DNA from: Leptogorgia sarmentosa
Taxonomy: Eukaryota
Assembly: GCA_964658305.1 (NCBI GenBank)
Contig: OZ210885.1
Span: forward strand, 15,376,001-15,440,000
Length of the DNA: 64,000 bases
Direction of reading: 5' to 3'
Position 1 is the stretch's first letter, and each line of letters begins with the position of its first letter. Shown here in pieces: positions 1 through 11,789 of this stretch. The translations under genes were made by a program, and so were the position numbers. The notes beneath the pieces were generated by a model, which saw only the letters and a list, made by a program, of their open reading frames with translations, searched no databases and was not told the origin of the DNA.

Positions 1-2695
1 ACAACTTCTCGTGATTTTCCGTCACCATATCTAATGCAGTCATCATACAACTTCATCAATGGACCATAATAACAGAATGCACTAGAGTGATGTTTGAATG
101 CTACATCATCATTGGAGCATTTTTTCAGCCATTCTTTGAATTTGTGTAACATGATTTCAGAGTGGTTACCATGTTTCCTCATTGATTGTGCACATTCTGA
201 ATTTGTAGGAAAAAATCTTGACTCACCAAATTCAATACAAGCAGCCAAACAGTACCCAAAGCACACATCACGGTTTGCTTCTCGTATTTGTAACAGGAAA
301 TTTTCCTGAAATTTTCCTGAAATTTCCTACTTTTGAATGCTTCTGCAGTCAGCTTTTTGCGTTTTAAAACATCATGAACAATATGATGGAGTCCTGATTG
401 ACCATGTTCTTTAAAACATGCTTCACTTAGGTATCCCTTATTATGCATGTCTCCAACACAGATTCCCATCCAATCAAAAGAACACGAGCGAGCTTTAACA
501 GCATTATTTGTTTTGCATGTTCCAACATCTCCTACCACATGGGTGACAAAACCGGCAGCTTTCCGACCAACAGCATGCTCATCATCAGGTACAACTTCGG
601 TCTGTTTGCACATTGTTCTGTCAATAATGGCAATAAGATCATTTTCTTCATCAGATTCATCATCTTTAGTGCACATAGCATCCAGTATGTCAGTTTGATG
701 CAGTTTTTCAGCAACTGCTTGTGGAGATGGGATACTAGAAAACATTGGACCATTAAATCTGGCATTTCTTTCAATTAAAAAATGTGCCATTGAGGAATTT
801 TCACTGATGATTGCTAAGTGTAATGGTGTAAGCCCACATCCTTCCTTTGTATTTACATTAAAGCCACTAAAAATCAGTGATTTAGCAAGTTGGTTGTTTG
901 ATTTTTCAATGGCAATATGTAACAATGACCTCTTCAGATGATCTCTCTGTTCTTCTAATTTTTCTGTAGCCATGGAGTTAATTGTTTCTAAAAACTCTTC
1001 ATCATTGTTATGGATACAAGAAACAAGCCTATTGTAGTTATCCCAAAATGACTCATCTTCCTTTCTAAACCTTCTTCGCTCACTTTCCAATGTACACTGT
1101 GTATATGTAGTTTGTGGACTATCATCACCTGTGGTAATTTCATCAGCTGTGTTCAATGTATTTGATGTTTCAGTTTTTGACATGTCATTCATTACAATAC
1201 CATCCAGTTCCACTTCCCGGCCTTGTAACAATTCCTCAAAATTTGCCATACCAGTAACATGCCTCTCTTGTGAAACAATATATTCAAAATGTGAACGTGC
1301 TTGATTTTCATCAAATGTCTGATGTAGAGTATCATATGGCAGCATTTCATGGGTTGTTCCTTTTGAATATAAGTTAAAGTCAGTTTCAAACTCTTCCAAA
1401 ATAGCAGTTGTGCCAGTGATTGTAGCGTTGTCTTCAAGTGTCAAGGGTAACACAACAGCACAAGTTTTTCTTGAACTGTTCCCCATGTTTAGAGTGTCTT
1501 CAATATTCGGAATTTTAAGTTTGAATTTGTTGGTTTTGGGTTTTGAAAAGTCAGACTTTGCTAACTAGGGATCAATCTCAGACTCTGTCATCTTACCAAG
1601 ATTCTTTTTACATGTTGGCAAGCCATTATATACCATGTCCATTGCTGACAAAATGTAATTATCACAATAGTTCTCAAACACTTTATCCTGTTCATTGTCC
1701 TTGTTGTATAAAATGTCAGATGGGACAAGCTTAAGTACATCTTTTTGACTTTCTGTTGCTTCTTTCTTATTGTGCATTTTCGACTTCACATCTTCAGACA
1801 GAAAAGGAATTATTACTGCTCTTCCAGTGAAGTTCCACATTGATGGAGTAAACTCCTTAAAAATTCTTAAATGCTTCTGTTTTCCCTTATAAATGTTAAT
1901 GTTATCCATGAGTAATATAATAGCGATGTCTGGTGGGGTGAGTTGTTTAATGTGCTGCTGCATCTTTTTCATTCGATCATCCATAACTTGCATTGCTTTC
2001 TTCCAACTAACTGTAAGGCCAATATGGTTTAGCATGCCAACAAACCGCATTCCTGCACCATGGGAAATACAAAGCAACGTAAACAAAGTTTTAAAGTTGT
2101 TTGTTAACTTTTGGCTACTTAGACTGCATAGACTTACACTGTGAATCCTTCTACCTGTCTGTACAGTTCCACCACTGGAGACCAATAGGAGAGATTCAAC
2201 AATTTCAAACAACAGGGGGCAATTTTCACTTAAATTCTTTGACAGATCAGCAAATAATGTACCATCAATTTGAATTTCTGTTTTGGTACTAAGTCCAAGA
2301 TTTAGCATTTTCTTGAATGCTTCAACTTCACTGGATAGATCTTCTTTTAATTTTGTTGAAAGCCTGCTAACTTGGTCTCTTTCAATTAAATTCACCATTT
2401 CCTTCTCATACAGATTTACCAAACCACTTGTGTACTTGTTAATGTCAACATTAATCTTTTTGTGGCGATCAAAAAGTAGTTTCAAGTAACCACAATTCCA
2501 GTCTTGTTCATTCTTTTCCATTTCAGTTGTCACTTGCTCATTTACTGTACTTTGTTCTTCTTGTAGTCGTCCGATTGCTTTCTTGATATTGTCAATAGGA
2601 CTGTTTTCAGGAAACAGAATTTGTGGACTGTCACTATCAAATGAAATAGAGCACCTTCTTTGTATATTACAGTACACAGTTTTTCGTGTATCACC
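1..2695 (-). pseudogene. Academ/DUF6589-like DDE transposase with internal ankyrin repeats, copy 1 (3' part; runs off the window)
   Basis: ORFs 1565-2677 and 179-1486 plus a shifted frame to base 1 give, in order: LNHIGLTVSW, LMDNIN, VLPLTLEDN..AILEEF, ankyrin repeats (SLLHIAIE, GLTPLHLAI), VVGDVGT, VGDMH and YDDCIRYGDG. This is the DUF6589-type motif order. Disrupted by a stop near 1565 and an 11-bp duplication frameshift near 300-322. Confidence 0.6.
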
Positions 2696-2701
2696 AATTA
2701 C

Positions 2702-2965
2702 TATGAGGTGCCGTTACCGCCAAAATTCAGAGTGCTTATTTTTGAAAATGGAGGCATGATTTTTGAAAATGGAGGCATGATTTTTGAAAATGGAGGCATG
2801 ATTTTTGAAAATGCAGGCATGATTTTTGAAAATGCAGGCATGATTTTTGAAAACAATTAGTGTTTCGAAGATCATGTTTTGAAATTGCAACAATGATTTT
2901 TCAAAATGATAACTTTCATTAATTCCTACCACCGGGGATTTATTCCCGGGCCCCGAAACTGCGAA
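2702..2965 (+). repeat. Left TIR of IS3EU-A with about 5 copies of a 21-bp unit (TTTTTGAAAATGGAGGCATGA)
   Basis: Inverted copy at about 7691-7881 plus 9715-10114. The inner end carries a CCGGGGAT-N2-ATCCCCGG-type palindrome. Confidence 0.88.
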
Positions 2966-3036
2966 TGTGAATAAATTAGCTGAAATTACACAAAATAAAT
3001 TAGCCGTAATAAATTCGCGCCATCAAACTGTTAAAG

Positions 3037-5909
3037 ATGGCGGGCGAATATTCAAATGTTGCTCAGCTGTTTAGTGAGTTAGCGACCCGATTGCGCAGTT
3101 TTCCCGTACCAAATACTTCAAATTCACCGAACCAAACGAATAACAACAACTCGGTTGCTCAAACGCCAAATGTTCTGAATTCGTCAACAGATTCAACAAA
3201 TGAAATCGCTGTAGCGACTACAAACCGAGCTTCGACTTCGTCCAGGACACATAATGAACTGCAAACCCTTTTCCCTCATCATTTTAGCTCAACTTCCGTT
3301 CAGAGAAATAATTCTGCCTCAAGTTCAAGAAAGCGAAGAAAAAATAATCAACACAATTGCAAGAATAGTAAGAAATCTAATGTGAAATATCTTTCAAGAA
3401 AATTTGTCTGTTTATCAGATAAAGACCAGCATGAGGTACCAGAACGTGAAGAAATGCGAGAGTTATTAGTCCATGGCCTTGGCGAAGTTAAAGTGGCCAT
3501 ACCGGAAGATGCTAATGAAAAGGCCATCAGAGACAAATTGATTGAAACATTTCCTAAGCTTAAAGATAGTGGTGGGTTTGAACTTATGTATGTCGAGTGT
3601 AGAAGAAAAGATCTTATTGTCATTCCTCCAGGGCCTGATGGGCTCTCAATGAAGTATCTGGTATCATTTATTGGTCAAGGAAAAATATATGTCCGCCCCA
3701 TTCAACAAGATCTCTCCATCGAAGATGAAGTTGAAGCTGTTGGAGTCGAGAAAGAGCAGTGCATGAATTGCTGTCTCATGGTTGACATTCATATGTTACG
3801 GGAGCACCATCAAATCTGCACTGAAGATGAAATACCAACAGGTACTGTATTCAAAGTAAATTAAGGACAATTATCAAAGAGTGCCCATGCTTCCATCTGC
3901 CAAGTAAAAAGTGCACGAAATGTTAAATGCCTTGATTAGATGTGATAATTGTGGATAATGAGGGATTTTTAGCTCATTCCCTTTAGTCTTACATCTCTTG
4001 ATTACTTACCTGTGTGTCAACATCATCAACTTGATATGATTTGTAAGAACCATGTGATGATCTGCACGTACAACTTGGTTTAATACTGTAGCTACGAAAT
4101 CCTTGTAACTTCTAGCAGGATTTGGCACTATTTATACTATTACTAATTGACTAAGACAAATGAATTAGCCATTTCCTAATTGAGACCGCAAAGCATGCAT
4201 GGATTGTTTGGAAGGACAGTGCGACAGAGAGCACCAGTCACAAGACATGGATACTGCAAACAACTTTTCAGGCTTTTTCTTAGAGATAATGAAACAATCC
4301 ATAGAATAGATGTTTTTAATCCTGTATTTTAATGGCATAAAGAAATTTTAATATTAATCCATATTGTAATGGTTTAGAGAAATCAAGAGATGATTACCAT
4401 GATATTCCAGATGAATTCCTCGAACGACCTGCATTTCAGTTGGAAAAAGATGTGAAAACTAACGAAGTGGTTGAGAGTCAACATTATCTTTCTACACCCG
4501 TTACAACTGTGGTTGAAGTAACAGGTAACACTAGTGCCATGTAAATTTGAATACAGTATGTAATAAAAGTGAGAAATAGACTCACATACAGTATGTTTTT
4601 CATTCCATGAGCTATGTAGTATTTTGATATACCGATACTTGATATATTTCAGGAACATCTAATCAACGTTCCGATGGGGAATATAGAAACTACATAAGTA
4701 TTATTGATGATGATGAGATAAGTGATAATGATGATCCACAGCTTCAAGTGGCAATCGAAGAGAGCTTGACGAAACCAGATACCAAAGAGAGTCAAAGTGT
4801 ACAAGAAATACTGACTGCCTTTCAGTCAACCAACATTTCCAATTCTGAATCAAGTGATTTAAATGCAAACATAACTGTCAGCAGAAAATCAGTGTTTGCC
4901 TCGACCCAGAGAGCTATAGAAAGAAAAAGATTTACATTCTTCAAGCCGGTTGTTGTTGCATTTGCTGGAGAAGAAGCAGTCGATGATGGAGGTCCAACTC
5001 GAGAATTCTTCCGGTTGTTGATGCGTGAAATAAGTGAATTCTCTATATTTCATGGATCTTGGTTTTCGCATGATCTCGGTCTCCTTGCAAGCAATCGGTA
5101 CGAATTAGCAGGGAAGCTTGTTGCTTGGAGCATCTTGCATGGGGGAAGTGGCCCACGTTGTTTAACATCAGTTGGTTATGATCTGCAACAATCTGTTCAG
5201 GTCATTCTTGCAAATAGTGTTGATGTGGTTAATGACATGGAAATGAAAAACATGTTGAAAGAATTCATGAATTGTTCATCTGAGGATAGCTTCAGTTCAT
5301 TGGTCAACAAGCATGGTGAAAAAATTGCAGAATTTGGTTATCCAAAAATCTATCGTTGCAATTTATCAAATAAAAGTGAAATGATCGAGTCATTATTAAA
5401 ACAACATTTTGTTTATGGAGTCCATGCAGAGGTGTCACAATTCTTCAATGGATTAAATTCCATTGGTCATCTTGGTGATATGATTTTACACAACAAGCAG
5501 TTGTTTGATATGATCTTGGGTAACCAACATCCATCTTTAACTAAATCGTCATTCATGAAACTGTACGAGCTGAACCGCTCTGAAGAAGGGTCCAATCAAA
5601 GAAGCAAAGAGGATACTACCATCTATTGCTTTGAAATTTTCCTGCAAGATTTGGAAGAGGGTGTTGTTCCCGGATTATCACTGGAAGATCTTCTCGTATT
5701 TATCACTGGGGCTGATTGTCTGCCACCATTAGGATTTGGTAATAATATCACGGTTGATTTTTACGACTTTGAAGAAAACAGTCGTCGCCGTCCCTATGCG
5801 TCAACATGGACTGTATTTTTTCCTGCCAAGAGGATTTGAAAATCCTGAAGAATTCTCAAAATTCCTTAGTGAAGCACTCCTGGAGTGCCATGGATTTGGG
5901 AAGCTTTAA
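3037..5909 (+). pseudogene. Spliced HECT-type E3 ligase cargo of IS3EU-A (ubiquitin-like domain, C2HC zinc finger, UIM, HECT)
   Basis: Probable exons 3037-3841, about 4378-4523 and about 4653-5909. Motifs: CMNC..REHHQIC, UIM-like DDPQLQVAIEESL, FAGEEAVDDGGPTREFF, LLVFITGADCLPPLGF, RPYAST. A 2-bp deletion near 5808 removes the Cys codon; the shifted frame ends CHGFGKL*. Confidence 0.82.
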
Positions 5910-6298
5910 TTGCTACCATCCTCTTTGACAATTGGTAGCCTATTTTATTTGGTACATTGCCACTATAACATTATTTGACCTGTTATGAACATTTTGAAGC
6001 TTGCTGTTTTTGTGTTAGTTATGAATGATGCTTTCATTCCATTGAAAGTTCAGAATCATAGTTGAGGTTAGGGTTAGTGAACCCTTTGTTTACTATATAT
6101 ACTATATGGCATATTTCATTGCTTGTAACATAACGTAACGCTAACAATAATCTTAGATAAACCAATATGAAGTTTAACTTGCATCAAAGCACATTATTAT
6201 GGTTGTTTGGTTGTGACAGGACTGTCTGTTAGTTGCTGCTCATGAAATTTTTCACATTTATATGTAGTTGAAGAAATGTATTTTTTAATGTTGAATAT

Positions 6299-7680
6299 TC
6301 ATATTTCCACCTCTGTTATATTGTAATAAAACGTTTTCACAAATTGATAGTTTCTTACAGAATCCAAGGGTGAGGGATTAATTGGGCAATTCTGCTCGAA
6401 CTCAGCATTAAGTCGATCCAACTGTTGTTGAGATAATGGACTGTTGGTTTCAGCAACTTCAACACCCTCTTCATAATAAGCATCAGAACTTGCCGGACCT
6501 TCCCAATCCACACCATAATCATCACTAACCATGCTTTGATCCTGGAGAGCTATTTCTGCATTCTCAAAATTCCCCTGAACCCAGAGCTGAAGTGGGGTTT
6601 TATTTTGCTCTGAACTCAAAGGGTGTCTTATCCATGCATTAGCCCAAGATTTGAGTTTTGTGTTAATCACATGACAGAAGCAGTAGTGTAAGCACCATGT
6701 ATCTATTTCATTTATTGGATCAACTAAACCAATGTCTTCCATTGATATAAAAATACCATAAAACAAATCTAACACATCCCTGTAGACATCTCTCCATAGT
6801 CGTTCTATCCTCTGGTTGTGCACACTTCTGCCAACCAATGCAGAACCTCTGCCAGTGCCTCGTTTATTGATCATATACTCAACGACATCAACATTTTCTC
6901 CACCCCTATCACATCGATCACGGGGAGGGTAAGCCCCATTCTTGAACAGCACTTGAAGGACTGTGCTTGCCTTATTATTTGTATGGCAGTGTAAGAATAC
7001 AGGAATTCTAGTGTAACCATCGACATCACCATGAACGACAAACCGCCACCTTATGAGTTTGTGGTTTCCGTCGAAGTGCCACAAAGCCAATGGACAAGAG
7101 ACACAATACACCCTGCGATGGATTGACTGGCATTTTCTCGCAGCTACTCCCAGGGGGTCAACACGCCTAAGGGAATCTCTTATACGTGCTCGTGGAAGTC
7201 TGATGTTACGGGAAGCTAAGTGACCGACAAGGTTTTTTGAACCAAGGTTAGGGTAAAACAATTTGATTTCACGAACTACAGAATCACTAAACGGTCGCGC
7301 TGACAGGCCGAATTGAGAAATACGACGTTCGATTGTTCTCTTTCCAACTTGCAGCATCTTGGCAATTAGGCCAACATTAAACCCAACATCAAGAAGAGCT
7401 TCAAGTTGCTCTTTGGATATATCATAAGAAGGACGTCCAGCTGCTCCGGTGAATACCTTAGGGGTTCGTGAGCATGTTTTGACGTTTTTTTCTAGCATTC
7501 TTTTGGAATTCTTACATTAGAATCCAAAGCGTGTAATGCTTCGAATGTAAGTTCTACTTCCTCAAGAATTTCAATCACTTCTAAACTATTAGTTTGCAAA
7601 GAAGACTGGATATATTCAAGCTTCATTACAGTTAATCTCTTTAATTCATCCGCCATCACAGTCTCTGAAATTAGCGCCAT
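6299..7680 (-). pseudogene. IS3EU integrase-like DDE transposase of element A
   Basis: Helix-turn-helix region (IAKMLQVGKRTIERR), then [17 protein letters not shown] and HNQRIERLW. The N-terminal segment 7492-7680 is separated by a frameshift or stop. Small deletions relative to the B transposase. Confidence 0.88.
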
Positions 7681-7881
7681 TTTGAATTAGTCTCAGTCCT
7701 CGGGACCCGGGGATAAATCCCCGGTGGTAGGAATTCCTCTTAATGAAAGTTATCATTTTGAAAAATCATCGTTGCAATTTCAAATCCTGAACTTTGAAAC
7801 ACTAATTGTTTTCAAAAATCATGCCTGCATTTACAAAAATCATGCCTGCATTTTCAAAAATCATGCCTCCATTTTCAAAAA

Positions 7882-9714
7882 TAGGTACACAAAGTGTACA
7901 TGTATCTGCGCCTATGTAGCTTGATCAGTGGCGTAGCGAAGCCATTCCGATAGGGGGGGGGTGTAAAGCAAAATATTCTACCGACCTAAATAGGTTTGGG
8001 CAGGACAGGGCCGGATTATTTGGTGTGGAGGGCGGGTCTCACGAGACGCCACCATGGTTAGCATCGAGCGAGAAAATTTTGTGAATTTAGAGCTCTAGAT
8101 CGCCTGAAACGGCCATTTCAGAGTGTTAACCAAAGCCTTAACACTCAGAAGAGTATAGAGGTCTTAGATGTTGTACAACCACAGCTTGCTAACTAATCGC
8201 ACACGGACATAGACAACAGACATATACTTTTACATATTTTACTTTTCTGCTCTCTCTGTGATTTAATGACATAAATTGAAAATTTACCGACCCTTTGGCT
8301 TCAAAACCGACCGCAATTCATTTACCCGACCATTTTCAAAAAAATTGGGGGGGTGTCACACCCCTGTGCTGTCGCTACGCCCCTGAGCTTGATGATCAAG
8401 TCTTATTTGTTTTCAGCTTTTCGATACACGCATCTTATCTGTCCCTAATACGCGATCTTGCATGTATAAAATGGTTTACTGCTAGGGAATAGGCGAATAG
8501 CGCAAATACTAATTCCTTTCAAGACGTGAGGTTGAGCAGAGACGTAATCAATACTTGATATAAGCTTTCATAACTATCTCGCATTCCGGAATTCCTGCGA
8601 TCATATATCAAATTGCATAAGGAATTGAAACTTGACGACATATGATATCGCATTTTATGTTATTGCGTCTTTAAAATGGGCACAGCGCTTTGCGATTGTT
8701 TGTGAAAAATGTGGCTCTCTAAAAACCAAATTTACCCTTTTCAATACCGTATCATAATAATATATTTATATACAATATATCCCGTCCATTCATGCGCATT
8801 TGCGTAGACGCTAAAGTGTATGTATGATCGGTATGCGCAGTACGCGTAGGTTCAAAACAGAATACTTGAAACTATATATGATTTCGTTTGTTTTGTCTCG
8901 CGCTTAATAAACGCACAAACCCGTGTTATTACAAGCTACGAAATCTATTTTCCTGGGATTGAGTGTTTCAACCATTCCGTATGGCGAAGCGTCAAAATAT
9001 AGTAGATATTCCGTGATCACAATGACATCGCGGGCAGCCCAAACATGTACAGTGTGTCAGTTCCGACACGCTAAAGTATCGTAGGGAAAATATACGCGCA
9101 ATTGTGTCAAGTCATTAAACTCTTTCATAACCTTAAATATTTGCTGTGTTCAATTGTATAAATTGCGTCATGATATTTTTGCTTTGATGATCTAAATTGC
9201 ATAGCGAACGCGAACCTCTTTAATTAATATCTTTAAAAGCAATGCCAATGTCGGCAATTTGCGTATAATATTTGTATAATATAAGATTCCGTCTGATATT
9301 TTTGCGTATAAATTGCCTTAGTATAAATAGTGTTCTAAGCGGCGCAAACGCTCATAAATTAACCTCTATTTCAGTCAAGGCACTCGTCGCTGCGAACATT
9401 ATATTTCTTTTTATCTGGATATTCATGCGAAACAAAATCCACGATCAAACAGACAAACACATCACCACTCTTTAGCTCGCGCCTATATCAGCCGCCATTT
9501 TGTAATATTTAGCCCGCAAGAACTCCACGTTGGTTCCCTTAAATTTGCGGGTGGGCTCAGTGACAATTACGTCATCTCAATGTTACGTTGTCGCCTATTG
9601 GCTAAATTTAACTAACGAATTCGCTGATTGGCTGCAAGTTAACAGCTAACAACTAACAGCTAACAGCTAACAACACGATAGCAATATATCTGCGTCACTA
9701 CGTCACGCAGATAC
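7882..9714 (-). mobile_element. Non-autonomous Helentron/Helitron2-like insert in the right TIR of IS3EU-A
   Basis: Interrupts the 21-bp array at an A5 run. Asymmetric inverted repeats TGTATCTGCG (7901-7910) and CGCAGATACA (9706-9715). Hairpin GTACAC-AAA-GTGTAC at one end and TATCTGCGT-N9-ACGCAGATA at the other. No credible ORF. Confidence 0.65.
7926..8385. mobile_element. hAT-type MITE (460 bp)
   Basis: TIR CAGTGGCGTAGCGA / TCGCTACGCCCCTG. Perfect 8-bp TSD AGCTTGAT (7918-7925, 8386-8393). Confidence 0.9.
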
Positions 9715-10079
9715 AAAAATCATGCCTCCATTTTCGAAAATCATGCCTGCATTTTCAAAAATCATGCCTGCATTTTCAAAAATCATGCCTCCATTTTCAA
9801 AAATCATGCCTCCATTTTCAAAAATCATGCCTGCATTTTCAAAAATCATGCCTCCATTTTCAAAAAATCATGCCTCCATTTTCAAAAATCATGCATCCAT
9901 TTTCAAAAATCATGCCTCCATTTTCAAAAATCATGCCTCCATTTTCAAAAATCATGCCTCCATTTTCAAAAATCATGCCTCCATTTTCAAAAATCATGCC
10001 TCCATTTTCAAAAATCATGCATCCATTTTCAAAAATCATGCCCCTATTTTCAAAAATCATGCCTCCATTTTCAAAAATA
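9715..10079 (+). repeat. 21-bp tandem array (about 17 units) in the right TIR of IS3EU-A
   Basis: AAAAATCATGCCTCCATTTTC repeated with few variants. Confidence 0.95.
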
Positions 10080-10120
10080 AGCACTCTGAATTTTGGCGGT
10101 AACGGCACCTCATAAATTAC

Positions 10121-10506
10121 ACGCCTTGTAATTTCAACCTCCGGAAAAACTCTTTTGTTATTGTCTTAGAAAGCCTTGCAGTTTCCTCAGGCTTCAGACC
10201 AAGTGTTTCAATTATGTCAGCTTGGGCGACAATATTTCCTTTTCCAATAGCTCTCATAGTTCTCCTTTATTAGTGAGGCTAAAGAGCATCTTCTCTGTTT
10301 TATGCGAAAACCAGATAAATTAACATTATCTGCATCACTGGAATAGCTTGTTGAAGGTACACTATGTGATATGATCCTTCATCCACAGATGATCTACGTT
10401 TTGCAGATGGCTCCCTCTCTTTGGCTGATGGTGTCAATGGATGCTTCTTTGACTGATTTTGATCCTTGATTGGAGTAGATGTTTTTAGCTCAACACTAGT
10501 TTCATC
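10121..10506 (-). pseudogene. Upstream part of the copy-1 Academ-like gene, displaced by IS3EU-A
   Basis: Removing 2702-10114 and one AATTAC copy gives the in-frame read KRVFPEVEITRRVIGDTRKTVYCNIQRR into ORF 1565-2677. Probable splice acceptor near 10507. Confidence 0.7.
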
Positions 10507-11140
10507 TAAAACATAAAGTGAAATAACTTTCAGATACTATGAACTTTATTTTCACTATTATTAAAGTGTATCTTTCATTTATTTCAAAATTGTCAACACT
10601 TTTATCAACAATACTAAAATTGTGTAACAAATTGACATCTAATCAGTGGTGCAGAGTTATAGTATCCTGCAAACAGGTCAATTAAATTAACTTTCTTCCA
10701 GTTCCAATTTTATTTAGCTTAATCCAGTCCTCCCTCACCTTCTGTGTGTATTGTGGTGGGGTTGAGGGGCCTATGACTGGACTAACACTGTATATTTAAC
10801 CAAGTTATCATTGTTTTTACTCAAGAAGGCTAAAATTTATATATATTTATCTGAGATTACAAAAATTATGTAGCATATTAGAGTGATATTATATGTATGA
10901 GTATAGAAACATGAGATATGATGATTTTTTTCACTATGCTATAGCTGGGTTTCATTAGGTCACGTGAGGAGTTGAGACAAAGGCAGATGGTGGTCAAATA
11001 ATAAGATTCTAATAAGATTCTTTTGTATATCTGACCATCATGTGCACTGAAGTGTAGCCTTGTGAAACCCACCTATAGATTGGACAATTAGATGTCTAGC
11101 TATAGTATACAATATCTGAATATCATATGGAACACAATTA

Positions 11141-11272
11141 GGCCATTTTCAGACGTCGTCTCTGTCAGTCGTGCTTCTATGGTGCCGAAGCGCATTGAAG
11201 GCAACAGTCATAATATCGAATCGATTGTATTTTATGCGTTCGGCAAATGAAGCACGACGTATGAAACTGCTA
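11141..11272. repeat. Degenerate palindromic MITE-like remnant
   Basis: TTTCAGACGTCGT..GTGCTTC..TGCCGAA..GCGCAT is mirrored by ATGCGTTCGGCA..GAAGCACGACGTATGAAA. No TSD established. Confidence 0.4.
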
Positions 11273-11789
11273 GCCTGATCTATTCTAGTCTAGTGTGGTA
11301 TTGTTTTATGCGACGCAACATATTCATCAATATTCTAATAACGTATTTATATTCAAATGAGCTAATAATAAGACAGAGACTGTCTACTGAACATTTTGAT
11401 ACCTAAATCACGATTCGCGTTTAAATAATGTGAATATTTAAAGTTAAGTACATACCCAGACGCATTTCACCGAATGATACATTGACGACGTCAACATCGC
11501 TATCACTACTGTTCATAAAATCCTCCATTTTTTGCATTTCCTCTTCACTTTCTTCGGCCATTTTACCCACACGTGTTTAGGAAGGACTGTCCATGGACCA
11601 GCAAGTGATATCACGTTTCGATGGATTGTATTTCAGAAGATATTTTAGGATTGCCGCGTTATCGACATTGCGTGCCGCGTAATCGACCATTATTCGGCAG
11701 GCGTTTTGGCTAAGCTTATCATATTTCGCGCGCGCCCCTCCTACAAGGGACTGGAACTAAACACCAAACGTAAACGCCTGCGGAGGAGG

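Larger units (their letters stand above)
2702..10114. mobile_element. IS3EU-type DNA transposon A (HECT cargo + transposase)
   Basis: Ends TATGAGGTGCCGTTACCGCC...GGCGGTAACGGCACCTCATA. Perfect 6-bp TSD AATTAC (2696-2701, 10115-10120). Long TIRs and two convergent genes. Confidence 0.92.

Noticed and set aside
3037..5909. Host G2E3 orthologue
   Set aside because: HECT similarity only, with no PHD/RING cluster. Lies inside a transposon, with homologues in elements B and C.
9715..10079. CRISPR-like or coding repeat (ORFs MPPFSKI.. / KNHASIF..)
   Set aside because: A head-to-tail 21-bp array with no unique spacers, inside a TIR. The ORFs arise only because the unit length is a multiple of 3.
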